In this document: one piece after another, positions 19,177 to 27,584 of the stretch
How the letters are laid out: every line of letters starts with the position of its first letter
Numbering within the stretch: position 1 is the first letter of the stretch
Source of the DNA: a virus
Taxonomy: Duplodnaviria > Caudoviricetes
Virus record (IMG/VR): IMGVR_UViG_3300025251_000053
Coordinates: 1-30,216 of that record
Length of the DNA stretch: 30,216 nt
Direction: 5' to 3' (one strand)
Program-made: the position numbers and the translations under genes
The notes under the pieces: model-generated
The model's input: the letters and a program-made list of their open reading frames with translations, nothing else
What the model was told of the DNA's origin: nothing
Database searches by the model: none

Positions 19177-19406
19177 CGCTCCTCCTCGTTCATATCAAAC
19201 TCCCATGTCTCTTTATCCCAAGGGTAATAACCTTTGTTCATTGTAAATCCTGCTACAGGTAATGACCGCCCTCTCTGTATACCACTTTGAATACTCCATC
19301 TCATGTTGCATGTGTGGCAATGGTAATAGCTTCTAATCCTACGCCCTACGCGTCTCCATTCTCCTGTCTTTTCTACTGTGTCACTAAGACACCACTCACA
19401 CTCCAT
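19167..19406 (-). CDS. Hypothetical Zn-ribbon protein
   Basis: CEWC...CHTC; SD GAGGAG. Confidence 0.65.
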   Translation of the reverse strand: MECEWCLSDTVEKTGEWRRVGRRIRSYYHCHTCNMRWSIQSGIQRGRSLPVAGFTMNKGYYPWDKETWEFDMNEEERWN

Positions 19407-19554
19407 AACATCTCCTCATGTGCCTCCCATTTACAGATGAGAGGACTAAGCTTATCGTGCCTTACCCGACAAGATCACCGTATGGAACTTCGGAGGACGG
19501 CTCTTGTTGCGGTGGATATCAAGGGCACAAAATATAAAGCCCCCATATACGCCA

Positions 19555-19848
19555 TTACCTCTCACCGCTTAGTAATACTTCAACGTCATTCATATTCTCT
19601 TCATTAACAACTATAGCGATTCCACGCTGTGCGTCTATATCTCTTAAGTTCTTTTCCTGTAATGGTGTAGGTGTGTTCTTACCTGCTTTACATTCAATAC
19701 CAAAGAACTTCCCTTGATAGCACCCAACTATGTCAGGCACGCCGCTACCGCCGTAGCCACCTGTGACTGGGTAAAAGTAATACGCTCCCATAGCTTTAAG
19801 GTGTTTAACTACAGTTTTCTTTACCTTCGCTTCTGGTGTCATCGCCAT
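19555..19848 (-). CDS. VRR-NUC domain endonuclease
   Basis: MTPEAKVK, GVPDIVGC, FFGIECKAG, LQEKNL..I...G.AIVV; SD GGAGG. Confidence 0.85.
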   Translation of the reverse strand: MAMTPEAKVKKTVVKHLKAMGAYYFYPVTGGYGGSGVPDIVGCYQGKFFGIECKAGKNTPTPLQEKNLRDIDAQRGIAIVVNEENMNDVEVLLSGER

Positions 19849-19860
19849 GTTTTTACCTCC

Positions 19861-19905
19861 AAAAAAACTGGTTTCACATAGGAGAATGTGGACACCCCCC
19901 TATGT
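19861..19905 (-). terminator. Long hairpin plus U-tract at the early/replication boundary
   Basis: Minus strand ACATAGGGGGGTGT-CC-ACATTCTCCTATGT (about 13 bp, three G-U pairs), then GAAACCAG and T7. Confidence 0.5.
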
Positions 19906-19931
19906 TTAATCCCTAGCCATTGGCTAGCATG

Positions 19932-20204
19932 TTAATCTAAATAAAAGGTGTCAGCACCTACAAAGTTAGTCTTTCGCATACCAACACCTTTAATTTTCCT
20001 CCCACGCTCTACCATCATTAACACAGACACGCGGCCTTTGATAAACTCAGGTAGTGCATCCCAATGGTCATAGCTATCTTCTAATGCATTGTCAACACAA
20101 TTCATACCAATACATCGTACTCTGATATTATTTGTATCAGGATCTGCCCACACTTGGTATAACGTGTCAGAGGGAATATCAGATTGAGACATAGTACATA
20201 CCAT
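19932..20204 (-). CDS. Hypothetical protein
   Basis: ORF in the operon; start may be ATG 20192. Confidence 0.6.
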   Translation of the reverse strand: MVCTMSQSDIPSDTLYQVWADPDTNNIRVRCIGMNCVDNALEDSYDHWDALPEFIKGRVSVLMMVERGRKIKGVGMRKTNFVGADTFYLD

Positions 20205-21042
20205 CTCCCAACGCGTAGCCTACATCCTCAACATACTGATCTTGTGATAAGATGTTTACAACAGATAGCTTACCTGCCAGCTCCTGGGGAATCGTATCGT
20301 CGGTGTAGGTCTTTAAGCCCTCTGCGTTGAACATCGACCTGTCTCGTAAATAATGTTTGTTAGCGTTATCTATCGGCAATACATCAAAGTGTTGCGTACC
20401 GAACTTCTCATAAACCTTGACAAGACACAGATTTAACATCTTGGCTTCGGATATTTTATGCTCCTGTTGAGACGTTATGAAGTCTTTGACTTGTTGCCCA
20501 AACGCGGGGTCTATGAACACATGCCCAGAGTTGGATAGGTGTTCCATCTCACGATACATAGCTTCGCTTGTAAACAATTTATCTTTAATATCCTTCGCGT
20601 TCTTACGTACCTTATCACGTGCCGAACCAAATTGTAGCTTCACGTTGTGTACTGTTTCCACCGCTATGTCAATCATATCAAAGTTCTGAAGATACCGCTT
20701 CGCATTCTTCACACCGTCTTTCAAATGTATAGACATTGCCATATGACGTTGGTGACTGTAGGTTGAATACTTCATATTCCGTATCTTATGAGAATACACA
20801 ACGTAGTTACTGTCTCCCTTACCACTTTCGCGGAAGTCACCAAAGGCAATATACCCCATGCAAAAGGGGTGACCTTCCATGTACACATATGCTTGGTACG
20901 TATTTTTGTATTCAAACTGTAGACCACGCATCTCTTTACTCAGTTGAAATACAAACTCTTGTATCTCAGGCATGATATCAGAGTGTCCTCCTCTATATCC
21001 TTTACCTTTAATATCGCTCACGCGTTTTGCTTCATAGTTCAT
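20179..21042 (-). CDS. Hypothetical protein
   Basis: 287 aa; SD GAGGAG; ATGA overlap. Confidence 0.75.
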   Translation of the reverse strand: MNYEAKRVSDIKGKGYRGGHSDIMPEIQEFVFQLSKEMRGLQFEYKNTYQAYVYMEGHPFCMGYIAFGDFRESGKGDSNYVVYSHKIRNMKYSTYSHQRHMAMSIHLKDGVKNAKRYLQNFDMIDIAVETVHNVKLQFGSARDKVRKNAKDIKDKLFTSEAMYREMEHLSNSGHVFIDPAFGQQVKDFITSQQEHKISEAKMLNLCLVKVYEKFGTQHFDVLPIDNANKHYLRDRSMFNAEGLKTYTDDTIPQELAGKLSVVNILSQDQYVEDVGYALGDGMYYVSI

Positions 21043-21317
21043 TTTGTTTTCTCCTCTTCTCTATCTTGGTTAAAACATTTTTTACACAACAATCCTTCTT
21101 CGTGGGATTTTAAGTCTTCAGGATAATCCCAACCACACCAAGAACATTCTTTATGCTCATCATAATAAAAGATTATGCTAGGCATTTTATCTCCTAGTTT
21201 TTTGTCCTTGATCTCAAGTAACTCATCGGCAGAGAGGGTGTCAGCAAATGCCCAATTAGTATGCCCATATTCGCTATTGCAAATATCATCTATTTGCTCT
21301 GTTATATCTCTACTCAT
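21039..21317 (-). CDS. Hypothetical protein with C-terminal Zn finger
   Basis: CSWC...CKKC; SD GGAGG. Confidence 0.65.
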   Translation of the reverse strand: MSRDITEQIDDICNSEYGHTNWAFADTLSADELLEIKDKKLGDKMPSIIFYYDEHKECSWCGWDYPEDLKSHEEGLLCKKCFNQDREEEKTK

Positions 21318-21613
21318 TTTGTTTCCTCCTTGTTATAAAATTCATCATAGGCTTCATAGAAATCAGATTTATACCAACTCCAATCGTCGTAAAAATAGCG
21401 TACTTCGCCTTGTCTCCAAACTCCCCATTTGCCTATAAAAGAAAGCCAATTATTTTCAAAATCATCTGGGTCATTTCCAAAATCATCATCACCAATTTCG
21501 ATTGACCCGATACCTTCTTTATAAAAATCCTGATAAGCAAGTGTATCCACTATCTTGTTTGCAAGTTTTATTGCGTTAACTCGATCAAACACTCTTTTTA
21601 TATCTTCACTCAT
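21314..21613 (-). CDS. Hypothetical acidic, aromatic-rich protein
   Basis: SD AAGGAG; overlapping stop/start junctions. Confidence 0.6.
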   Translation of the reverse strand: MSEDIKRVFDRVNAIKLANKIVDTLAYQDFYKEGIGSIEIGDDDFGNDPDDFENNWLSFIGKWGVWRQGEVRYFYDDWSWYKSDFYEAYDEFYNKEETK

Positions 21614-22616
21614 TTTGTTTCTCCTTGATTATAATTTCAGCCGACCCTTCTATTGTAGATACGAGTTGACAGTATTTATTGATGAAGTCGTTGTACCTCG
21701 CCCGTAGCGTCGGCAAGTCCACATCACCTCCTAACTTGTTTTCTATATTATCACGTTCACTCCACAGTTGACGGTCACGTAAGTACTGCCACACCTCATA
21801 TTGAAACAGACTTGTTACATGCCTGTGCCACTCTGGATCACATATAACATCAGAAAGATTTTGGTTATGAAGGGTGTACCAATTTGAATGGCCGCAATGT
21901 ACCTTAATTTCTTCTTGCATCTTATTGAAGTAATCAAAGTCAGTGCTTGGCAAGATATTGTACATACTCACTACATACTCTAGTAGCTTATCACTGTATG
22001 GTTTGATCTCTGCTTTACGCTTCTTGTCCACACGCTTCTTGGGGTGCACATACTTATACGTGTCACCACGTACACGCCATAGATGCGTGTTCACCTCTCG
22101 CTCGAACTCAAGTGGATAGTCACCCTTGGGTAGAAAGTAATCGCGGTCTTTCTGATATTTCTTCCCATCGCCATGCTCTATACCAACGTACTGTTTGCCG
22201 TTGTCACTGTAGAACACCATGTTACTCGGCAACGCGTTCTCTAGCATAGTGTAGCGTATTGTATGTGCACTGTTATCTAGTCCGTTGCGTATGCGTATCC
22301 GCTCCCTCGTTCCATCGTATGTCCAAAGTATCGGCGCGAACTCCTGTTCTTGTTTGATGTCCGAAGGTTTTAAGGTGCGCCTGTCATACCACTGTCGTGT
22401 ATGCTCACCCAGACCATCGTAGTCACCGCCGTCCATCAGACCGTAGCAATTATATGAGAACTTCTTTATACGTTCCCACTTACGGTTGCGCGGGCCGAGT
22501 GGCCTTATGTCATCTGATAGCGAGTGCTTCTTACTCACCATCGGCTTGGTTGTGTTGTACATTTCCTCCACTCTGTGAAACGTATCCAGATTTGTTTTGT
22601 AGTGTCTATATGACAT
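21606..22616 (-). CDS. Hypothetical protein
   Basis: 336 aa; preceded by the palindrome and GAGG SD. Confidence 0.75.
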   Translation of the reverse strand: MSYRHYKTNLDTFHRVEEMYNTTKPMVSKKHSLSDDIRPLGPRNRKWERIKKFSYNCYGLMDGGDYDGLGEHTRQWYDRRTLKPSDIKQEQEFAPILWTYDGTRERIRIRNGLDNSAHTIRYTMLENALPSNMVFYSDNGKQYVGIEHGDGKKYQKDRDYFLPKGDYPLEFEREVNTHLWRVRGDTYKYVHPKKRVDKKRKAEIKPYSDKLLEYVVSMYNILPSTDFDYFNKMQEEIKVHCGHSNWYTLHNQNLSDVICDPEWHRHVTSLFQYEVWQYLRDRQLWSERDNIENKLGGDVDLPTLRARYNDFINKYCQLVSTIEGSAEIIIKEKQNE

Positions 22617-22649
22617 TTTGTTTTTCCTCTCTAGCCAGTGGCTACTTGT

Positions 22650-22946
22650 TTATAATATGTTAAATTTGCTTTCGTTAGTTATATGGCCTTTAATGAGTTC
22701 ATATGTATGCTTGTCGATCTCGGTTCGTAGTCCTAGATAGTAACGATCACCCGAAGCATTGGTGTAACACTGTTCTTCGTCACTCCATTTTGCAGTGCTA
22801 TTATCAACAGGATCACACCTATCACGCACAATTTCATGGTGTGCATCAAGATCATCTCTTTCGGTTATAAACGTAACGGTGTTTACACTGTACATATTAC
22901 CTGTATCATCAGAGTAATAGCCGATATCTGCTAAGTAATATCTCAT
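22650..22946 (-). CDS. Hypothetical protein
   Basis: 98 aa; SD GGAGGAG. Confidence 0.65.
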   Translation of the reverse strand: MRYYLADIGYYSDDTGNMYSVNTVTFITERDDLDAHHEIVRDRCDPVDNSTAKWSDEEQCYTNASGDRYYLGLRTEIDKHTYELIKGHITNESKFNIL

Positions 22947-22956
22947 CTTCTCCTCC

Positions 22957-24192
22957 TTACATATTGTTTGATTTGACGTGGACTACTTTACCCACGCTTG
23001 GTTTCGCGGTCTTATTATCTAAGACTGTCCACAGTACAGGGCATGTCCACTGACCCCAACCACCGTACAGGTAACCATCTGTTAACACGATAACGGCTTG
23101 TGGTTTAATGCCATGCTCGGCCATATACTCTGGCACACACTCTACATTCGTACCACCGCCACCTCTCGGCTTGGTTGACTTGACCAACGTATCCAGTTCA
23201 TGTGTCTCGTACTTCTCATCACGACACACCTCGGTATCCCAATACAACACGCGTACACATGACGGCTTGACCGTATCACAGATAGACTTGATCTCAGACA
23301 AGAACACCGACAATTCATTCCTGCCAATCGAGCCTGATGTATCAATAGCTAATACCAGTTCCTCGACCTTCTCAGAGATACCGCTTGGCATATAGATATC
23401 CATACCAATGTATCTGCGGTTGGGCTTGTTCCACGTAGAGTAGTCACTCCCTGCACATGTAGACGAGATGAACTCACGCAACACCTCACGCCAGTTGACT
23501 TGGGGTTCAAGTAGCTCACCCAGATCACGCGCACCCTTGTTGCCTAGCTTCCCTGCAACCATGTCACCTTGGCGTATCGCTTCGTCGATCTCACGTTCGA
23601 GTTCTTGCTTCTCGCCCTCGGTCATCTCCTTCGCACCCTCGAAGTCATGGTCATCGAACGGCTCACCGATAGCGGTGTTTTGTTCACCTGTGGTACTTGA
23701 ATCACCTCCGCCATTAACGTCGCCATCACCTGATGACGTGTTACCTTGTTTCTTCTCATACAGTAGCTTGAACACTTCCTCGGTATTCATACCCCGATAC
23801 TTCTCATCGAGACACCCACCATCGATCCACTCCACGAACCCATTCTTGTTCTCGTCCATGATCTGTATGTTGATAACATAGTCCATTGCCATGTTTGTCA
23901 GTTCAGGATCTAGCTTGGCCAGATGTTGGTAGTTGTGAATGTGTCTGTACATCTTGTGTCCTACTTCGTGCAGTACAAGAAAGCGCAGTTGCGGATCGGT
24001 CAACCCTGCAACAAACTCACGACCATAGTACTCATCTCTACCGTTGGTGTAGGCAGTTGGTACATCATCTTTGATGCCCCTCTCACCCACCATCAACACA
24101 CCAGACAACGCGGCGTAGTCATCGTTGCCCATGATAGAGACAACGGCCTTGGATAGGCGTTGCTCCTCAGTTAGATTATTTAACATTAACAT
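22957..24192 (-). CDS. DUF2201-type metallopeptidase fused to a vWA-like domain
   Basis: TAYTNG, LVLHEVGHKMYRH (HExxH), NMAMDYVIN; Gly/Asp linker; MIDAS AIDTSGSI, GGGGT, VLTDGY. Confidence 0.85.
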   Translation of the reverse strand: MLMLNNLTEEQRLSKAVVSIMGNDDYAALSGVLMVGERGIKDDVPTAYTNGRDEYYGREFVAGLTDPQLRFLVLHEVGHKMYRHIHNYQHLAKLDPELTNMAMDYVINIQIMDENKNGFVEWIDGGCLDEKYRGMNTEEVFKLLYEKKQGNTSSGDGDVNGGGDSSTTGEQNTAIGEPFDDHDFEGAKEMTEGEKQELEREIDEAIRQGDMVAGKLGNKGARDLGELLEPQVNWREVLREFISSTCAGSDYSTWNKPNRRYIGMDIYMPSGISEKVEELVLAIDTSGSIGRNELSVFLSEIKSICDTVKPSCVRVLYWDTEVCRDEKYETHELDTLVKSTKPRGGGGTNVECVPEYMAEHGIKPQAVIVLTDGYLYGGWGQWTCPVLWTVLDNKTAKPSVGKVVHVKSNNM

Positions 24193-24320
24193 TTTGTTTT
24201 CCTCTCTAGCCAGTGGCTAATTAAAATGGTGGTTCATCGTCGGGTTCTTCGGGCAACCATACGATATCGTATTGAAACATCGCCCAAAGAAACTCACGTA
24301 GATTTCTACCATATAACACC

Positions 24321-25415
24321 TTACTTCTTATCAGCAGTGAACATATACGTGTTGTCCTTCGCCCACTCAGTGAACTTGGCGTTAGACATAACCACGTCGA
24401 TCCTACTGTACTTCGGGTTCCTCGCACCATTGACGAACATACCTTGGGCTTCTTTGTTTAGCCTTGGCATGTAGTCCATCCACGCGTTGATCCAGTCTTT
24501 CTCCATCGATGCCAATGATCTGTACACAACCATACACGTGGCACTCGCACTGTCTGGAACCCTCGCGTTCTTGGGATCATTCTTGATACTGTCGAGTGAC
24601 GGTAATTGATCCGCTAGTTTGACAAAGGCCATCATGTCCATCGCACCTTGCTCACCGATAGTACCCATGAGTAAACTTGTTAGGGTGTGATCATCTATCG
24701 ACCCTCGTGCGTGCAGTAAGTCGGACGCCATATGTAGGGAACGTGGTGTCGTAAAGGCCGTGCGTTGTAGTTGTGGGTGATAGATGTATGGGTTCTCAGT
24801 TGGGTCTTTGACATCTTCGAATGTCTGCAATACCGCAGGGAAGTCTTTGACAAACCCCAATACCGATGGGTGTACATCGTTGTTGATACCCCACTCGATC
24901 CACTCAAGGTGGTCAGGTTTACGTATCTTAACAGTTGCTACACGATCACGTTGATGTGGTAACAACATATCACCAACGCCCTCTGCTCCAAGGTTCGTCG
25001 TGGCAAACACGATGCTTCCCTCTGGTAGTTCATAGCTACCAATCTTGCGCTCTAGTATAATACGCAGTAGTGCGTTCTTCACCGCAGGGTTAGCTTTACC
25101 GAACTCGTCAATCATCAGTATGATAGGTTTGTTCAAGTGTACGCCAAGTTCTTCATTGGTTGCATAGGTCACATAGTTCTGACCATCTAACTGTGCCATC
25201 TTCGGTATCATAATGTCACCGAGATCCTTGGTGGTACAGTCGAAGTAACAGGGCGTATGGTTTGGTAGTCGCTCTGCTAGTGTCGTAAGCATCGACGATT
25301 TACCGATACCCATGTGACCTTGAGCAAGTATGGTTCGCTTGTCACCATATGCCACGATTGCATCTACGCATTGGTCAAGTGACACCGCGTACATTTGTGT
25401 TGCTGAATTATTCAT
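24321..25415 (-). CDS. MoxR-like AAA+ ATPase
   Basis: Walker A GHMGIGKS, Walker B IDEF, ATTN sensor, TPRS; adjacent to the vWA gene. Confidence 0.85.
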   Translation of the reverse strand: MNNSATQMYAVSLDQCVDAIVAYGDKRTILAQGHMGIGKSSMLTTLAERLPNHTPCYFDCTTKDLGDIMIPKMAQLDGQNYVTYATNEELGVHLNKPIILMIDEFGKANPAVKNALLRIILERKIGSYELPEGSIVFATTNLGAEGVGDMLLPHQRDRVATVKIRKPDHLEWIEWGINNDVHPSVLGFVKDFPAVLQTFEDVKDPTENPYIYHPQLQRTAFTTPRSLHMASDLLHARGSIDDHTLTSLLMGTIGEQGAMDMMAFVKLADQLPSLDSIKNDPKNARVPDSASATCMVVYRSLASMEKDWINAWMDYMPRLNKEAQGMFVNGARNPKYSRIDVVMSNAKFTEWAKDNTYMFTADKK

Positions 25416-25582
25416 TTGTTTTCCTCCTCATTAATTAAATTCCATAGTTCTTCTGCGAACTCTTTGCGACCTTCAAGTATCCCATCGTCAAAGCTATCCA
25501 CATCTCCTATGTCATTTTCGTATTTGGAATATGCTTGGAGTTCACCTTCTATGGCATTGTTTATTTTCTCTATTAGTTTCAT
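25412..25582 (-). CDS. Small acidic protein (56 aa, not in ORF track)
   Basis: MKLIEKINNAIEGELQAY...EELWNLINEEENK*; SD GAGG; ATGA overlap with the ATPase gene. Confidence 0.7.
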   Translation of the reverse strand: MKLIEKINNAIEGELQAYSKYENDIGDVDSFDDGILEGRKEFAEELWNLINEEENK

Positions 25583-25617
25583 TTTGTTTTCCTCTTTGTT
25601 GTTAGCCAGTGGCTAGA

Positions 25618-26496
25618 TTAAATACCGATTGTTGGTAATGATTTAAGAATGTCGTCCACGTTCTTCTTGGTTTGAGCGCGGAAGTGTGCGTCTTCACGTA
25701 GTGCATCAGGTGTAACACCTTGGAACACATACTCTAGTTGTTGACGTATCTTCTCCTTCTCAGGATTATTATCGAGATTGAAGTCGGCAAGCATATCAAT
25801 GAGCATCGTCGCATTGGATACGAGCGTGTCACGGAATATGTTTTTCTTCTCGCCATCATTGAAGTCGATAGTCCTGGACATCTTTGTGAGTGACTCATGT
25901 AAACGTGTCCACACATCATTCATAGATTTCTGGAACATACCATTGTAGCTTGCTTCGCAGTCTTCTTGAACTTGCTTGAGTGCTTCGGCAGGTAGATCGA
26001 CACGTATGTCACCTGCATCTGGACATGGGAACGTGTATATATTCCACGCGAACTTGAGCTTAAGTTCATCTAATGTTGGATAGTCACTCGCATTGAATAG
26101 GTCACCGAGTTTAGCCTTTGCTTGCTCTACTTGGAACTCATACTCCGTAAAGAACTTCTCACACAAACTATCAAACTCATTCTTCATGTCTGACATTGTG
26201 TTGGTGTAGTCGAAGTATCGCTTGGTTGGTATCAGGCGTTGACCACCATCGCTCCAAGGTGTCGTCATACTCACGTGCAAGTTACGTGCATTGCCCACGT
26301 GTCTACCAATAGCTTGGAAGATATCGCTATCACCAAGAAGAGATTTGTAAACATCTGCAACACCGCTCTTGGCATTGTTTGTGTTAACAACTTCTTGTGA
26401 AGCTTTCTTGTCTTTCTTCCTAAGCGTTGCTTGTGATATGCGTAGGTCAACCAGTAGTGCTGACGACGCAAGGGTTGGGGTTGATATTGTATTCAT
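25618..26496 (-). CDS. DUF3150-like hypothetical protein
   Basis: LLVDLRIS...TTPWSDGGQRLIP...LGDLFNASDYP pattern; usual neighbour of AAA/vWA pairs in phages and ICEs. The family assignment is from recall. Confidence 0.55.
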   Translation of the reverse strand: MNTISTPTLASSALLVDLRISQATLRKKDKKASQEVVNTNNAKSGVADVYKSLLGDSDIFQAIGRHVGNARNLHVSMTTPWSDGGQRLIPTKRYFDYTNTMSDMKNEFDSLCEKFFTEYEFQVEQAKAKLGDLFNASDYPTLDELKLKFAWNIYTFPCPDAGDIRVDLPAEALKQVQEDCEASYNGMFQKSMNDVWTRLHESLTKMSRTIDFNDGEKKNIFRDTLVSNATMLIDMLADFNLDNNPEKEKIRQQLEYVFQGVTPDALREDAHFRAQTKKNVDDILKSLPTIGI

Positions 26497-26630
26497 TGGT
26501 CTTCTCCTAAATATGATTGCATACTTTTTTCTGGTACGTTTTGAAGCAACTCTTCGATAGCGGTCATGTCACCCATGCCCACATCTTCTTTGATTTGATC
26601 TATTACTTGATCGATAATTTCTTTACTCAT
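26493..26630 (-). CDS. Small acidic protein (45 aa, not in ORF track)
   Basis: MSKEIIDQVIDQIKEDVGMGDMTAIEELLQNVPEKSMQSYLGEDQ*; SD GGAGGAG; ATGA overlap. Confidence 0.7.
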   Translation of the reverse strand: MSKEIIDQVIDQIKEDVGMGDMTAIEELLQNVPEKSMQSYLGEDQ

Positions 26631-26793
26631 CTTCTCCTCCTCTGTTCCAATACTCATGGTTTGGATGTTGCATTATAAACTCTTTACGTAGGCGGTCATG
26701 TTCTCGTCTGGTTCTGACCACCTTGGTTAACACGTATGGCACGTAAACAAGTAGTGCCCCCACGTACATTGATATTAGTATTTCAAATGTCAT
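26623..26793 (-). CDS. Small membrane-anchored protein (56 aa, not in ORF track)
   Basis: MTFEILISMYVGALLVYVPYVLTKVVRTRR...: hydrophobic N-terminal helix followed by basic residues; SD GAGGAG. Confidence 0.65.
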   Translation of the reverse strand: MTFEILISMYVGALLVYVPYVLTKVVRTRREHDRLRKEFIMQHPNHEYWNRGGEDE

Positions 26794-26807
26794 TCTGTTT
26801 CTCCTCT

Positions 26808-27011
26808 CTAGCCAGTGGCTAATGATTTTTGGTTAAGGTGTTTTAGTTCTTCGACATTGGTGATACGCGTGTAACCTTGTTTAGGTAAGGGTACGACAGT
26901 CCAGCCGAGTCGGACTTGGGTCGCGTCTTGCTCACCACAATCGAGACAGGTCGTATAACCTAACATGGCTCGATCTACTGAGAATTGATTGTCACATTTC
27001 TTACATTGCAT
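26808..27011 (-). CDS. C4 zinc-finger protein (DksA/TraR-like spacing)
   Basis: CKKC-x(6)-DR...GYTTCLDC; first gene after the strong promoter; its stop codon lies inside a palindrome copy. Confidence 0.65.
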   Translation of the reverse strand: MQCKKCDNQFSVDRAMLGYTTCLDCGEQDATQVRLGWTVVPLPKQGYTRITNVEELKHLNQKSLATG

Positions 27012-27110
27012 TTGTTTCTCCGTTTGTTGCTAGCCAGTGGCTAGGGGTTGTATGACGTGTTACTGTGTGTTGCGTCATAGTAAATAATTTTTTTTCTTGA
27101 ACATACTTGC

Positions 27111-27139
27111 AGTATAACACAAGTATCGGGAAATGTCAA
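27111..27139 (-). promoter_or_regulatory. Strong sigma70-type early promoter
   Basis: TTGACA-N17-TATACT with extended -10 TG. Confidence 0.85.
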
Positions 27140-27196
27140 ACAATGTGGTTACTTATTGTTTTCACTTATTTGGTGTTAAATGGTGGTGTTTGGTGT

Positions 27197-27569
27197 AATG
27201 TCCTGCAATGTTCCATAATGTTCCAAAGTGGTGGTCTGGAAGTGCTTGAAAAGATTGGAATGTTCCAAAGTTCCTTTTAGGTCAAAATTGGACGGTCTTG
27301 AGATGTGCGGATTTTAGAATGGAACAAATGGACTCGCGCAAAGGCGGATCTTACAGGCGGATAGTAATTTTTTACTTTTGGAACATTATAAAAATATATA
27401 TATATATAGACCTTTTTACTACTACTACACATTACTGCTAGCCACTGGCTACCACCATTTACCACGAAAACATAATGTACCTTTTTCGTAAATATTTTGG
27501 AACATTATGGAACATTACACCCCTTTTTTGGAACATTGCAATAATATCAATAACTTACGTTGGAACATT
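27197..27569. repeat. Inverted iteron-like array (TGGAACATT, 8 copies) around an AT tract; candidate replication origin
   Basis: AATGTTCCA at 27207, 27217, 27259; TGGAACATT at 27379, 27498, 27508, 27529, 27561; alternating AT run at 27394-27408. Confidence 0.7.
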
Positions 27570-27584
27570 CGCTCGACGCTCCGC

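Noticed and set aside
19424-19452. Resemblance to the mammalian MIR repeat core (CTCATCTGTAAATGGG)
   Set aside because: Short chance similarity within an otherwise coherent phage context.
27207-27516. GTTC/GAAC direct repeats as alphaproteobacterial LexA boxes
   Set aside because: Spacing is N6 and not the canonical GTTC-N7-GTTC, and the conserved unit is a longer 9-mer.
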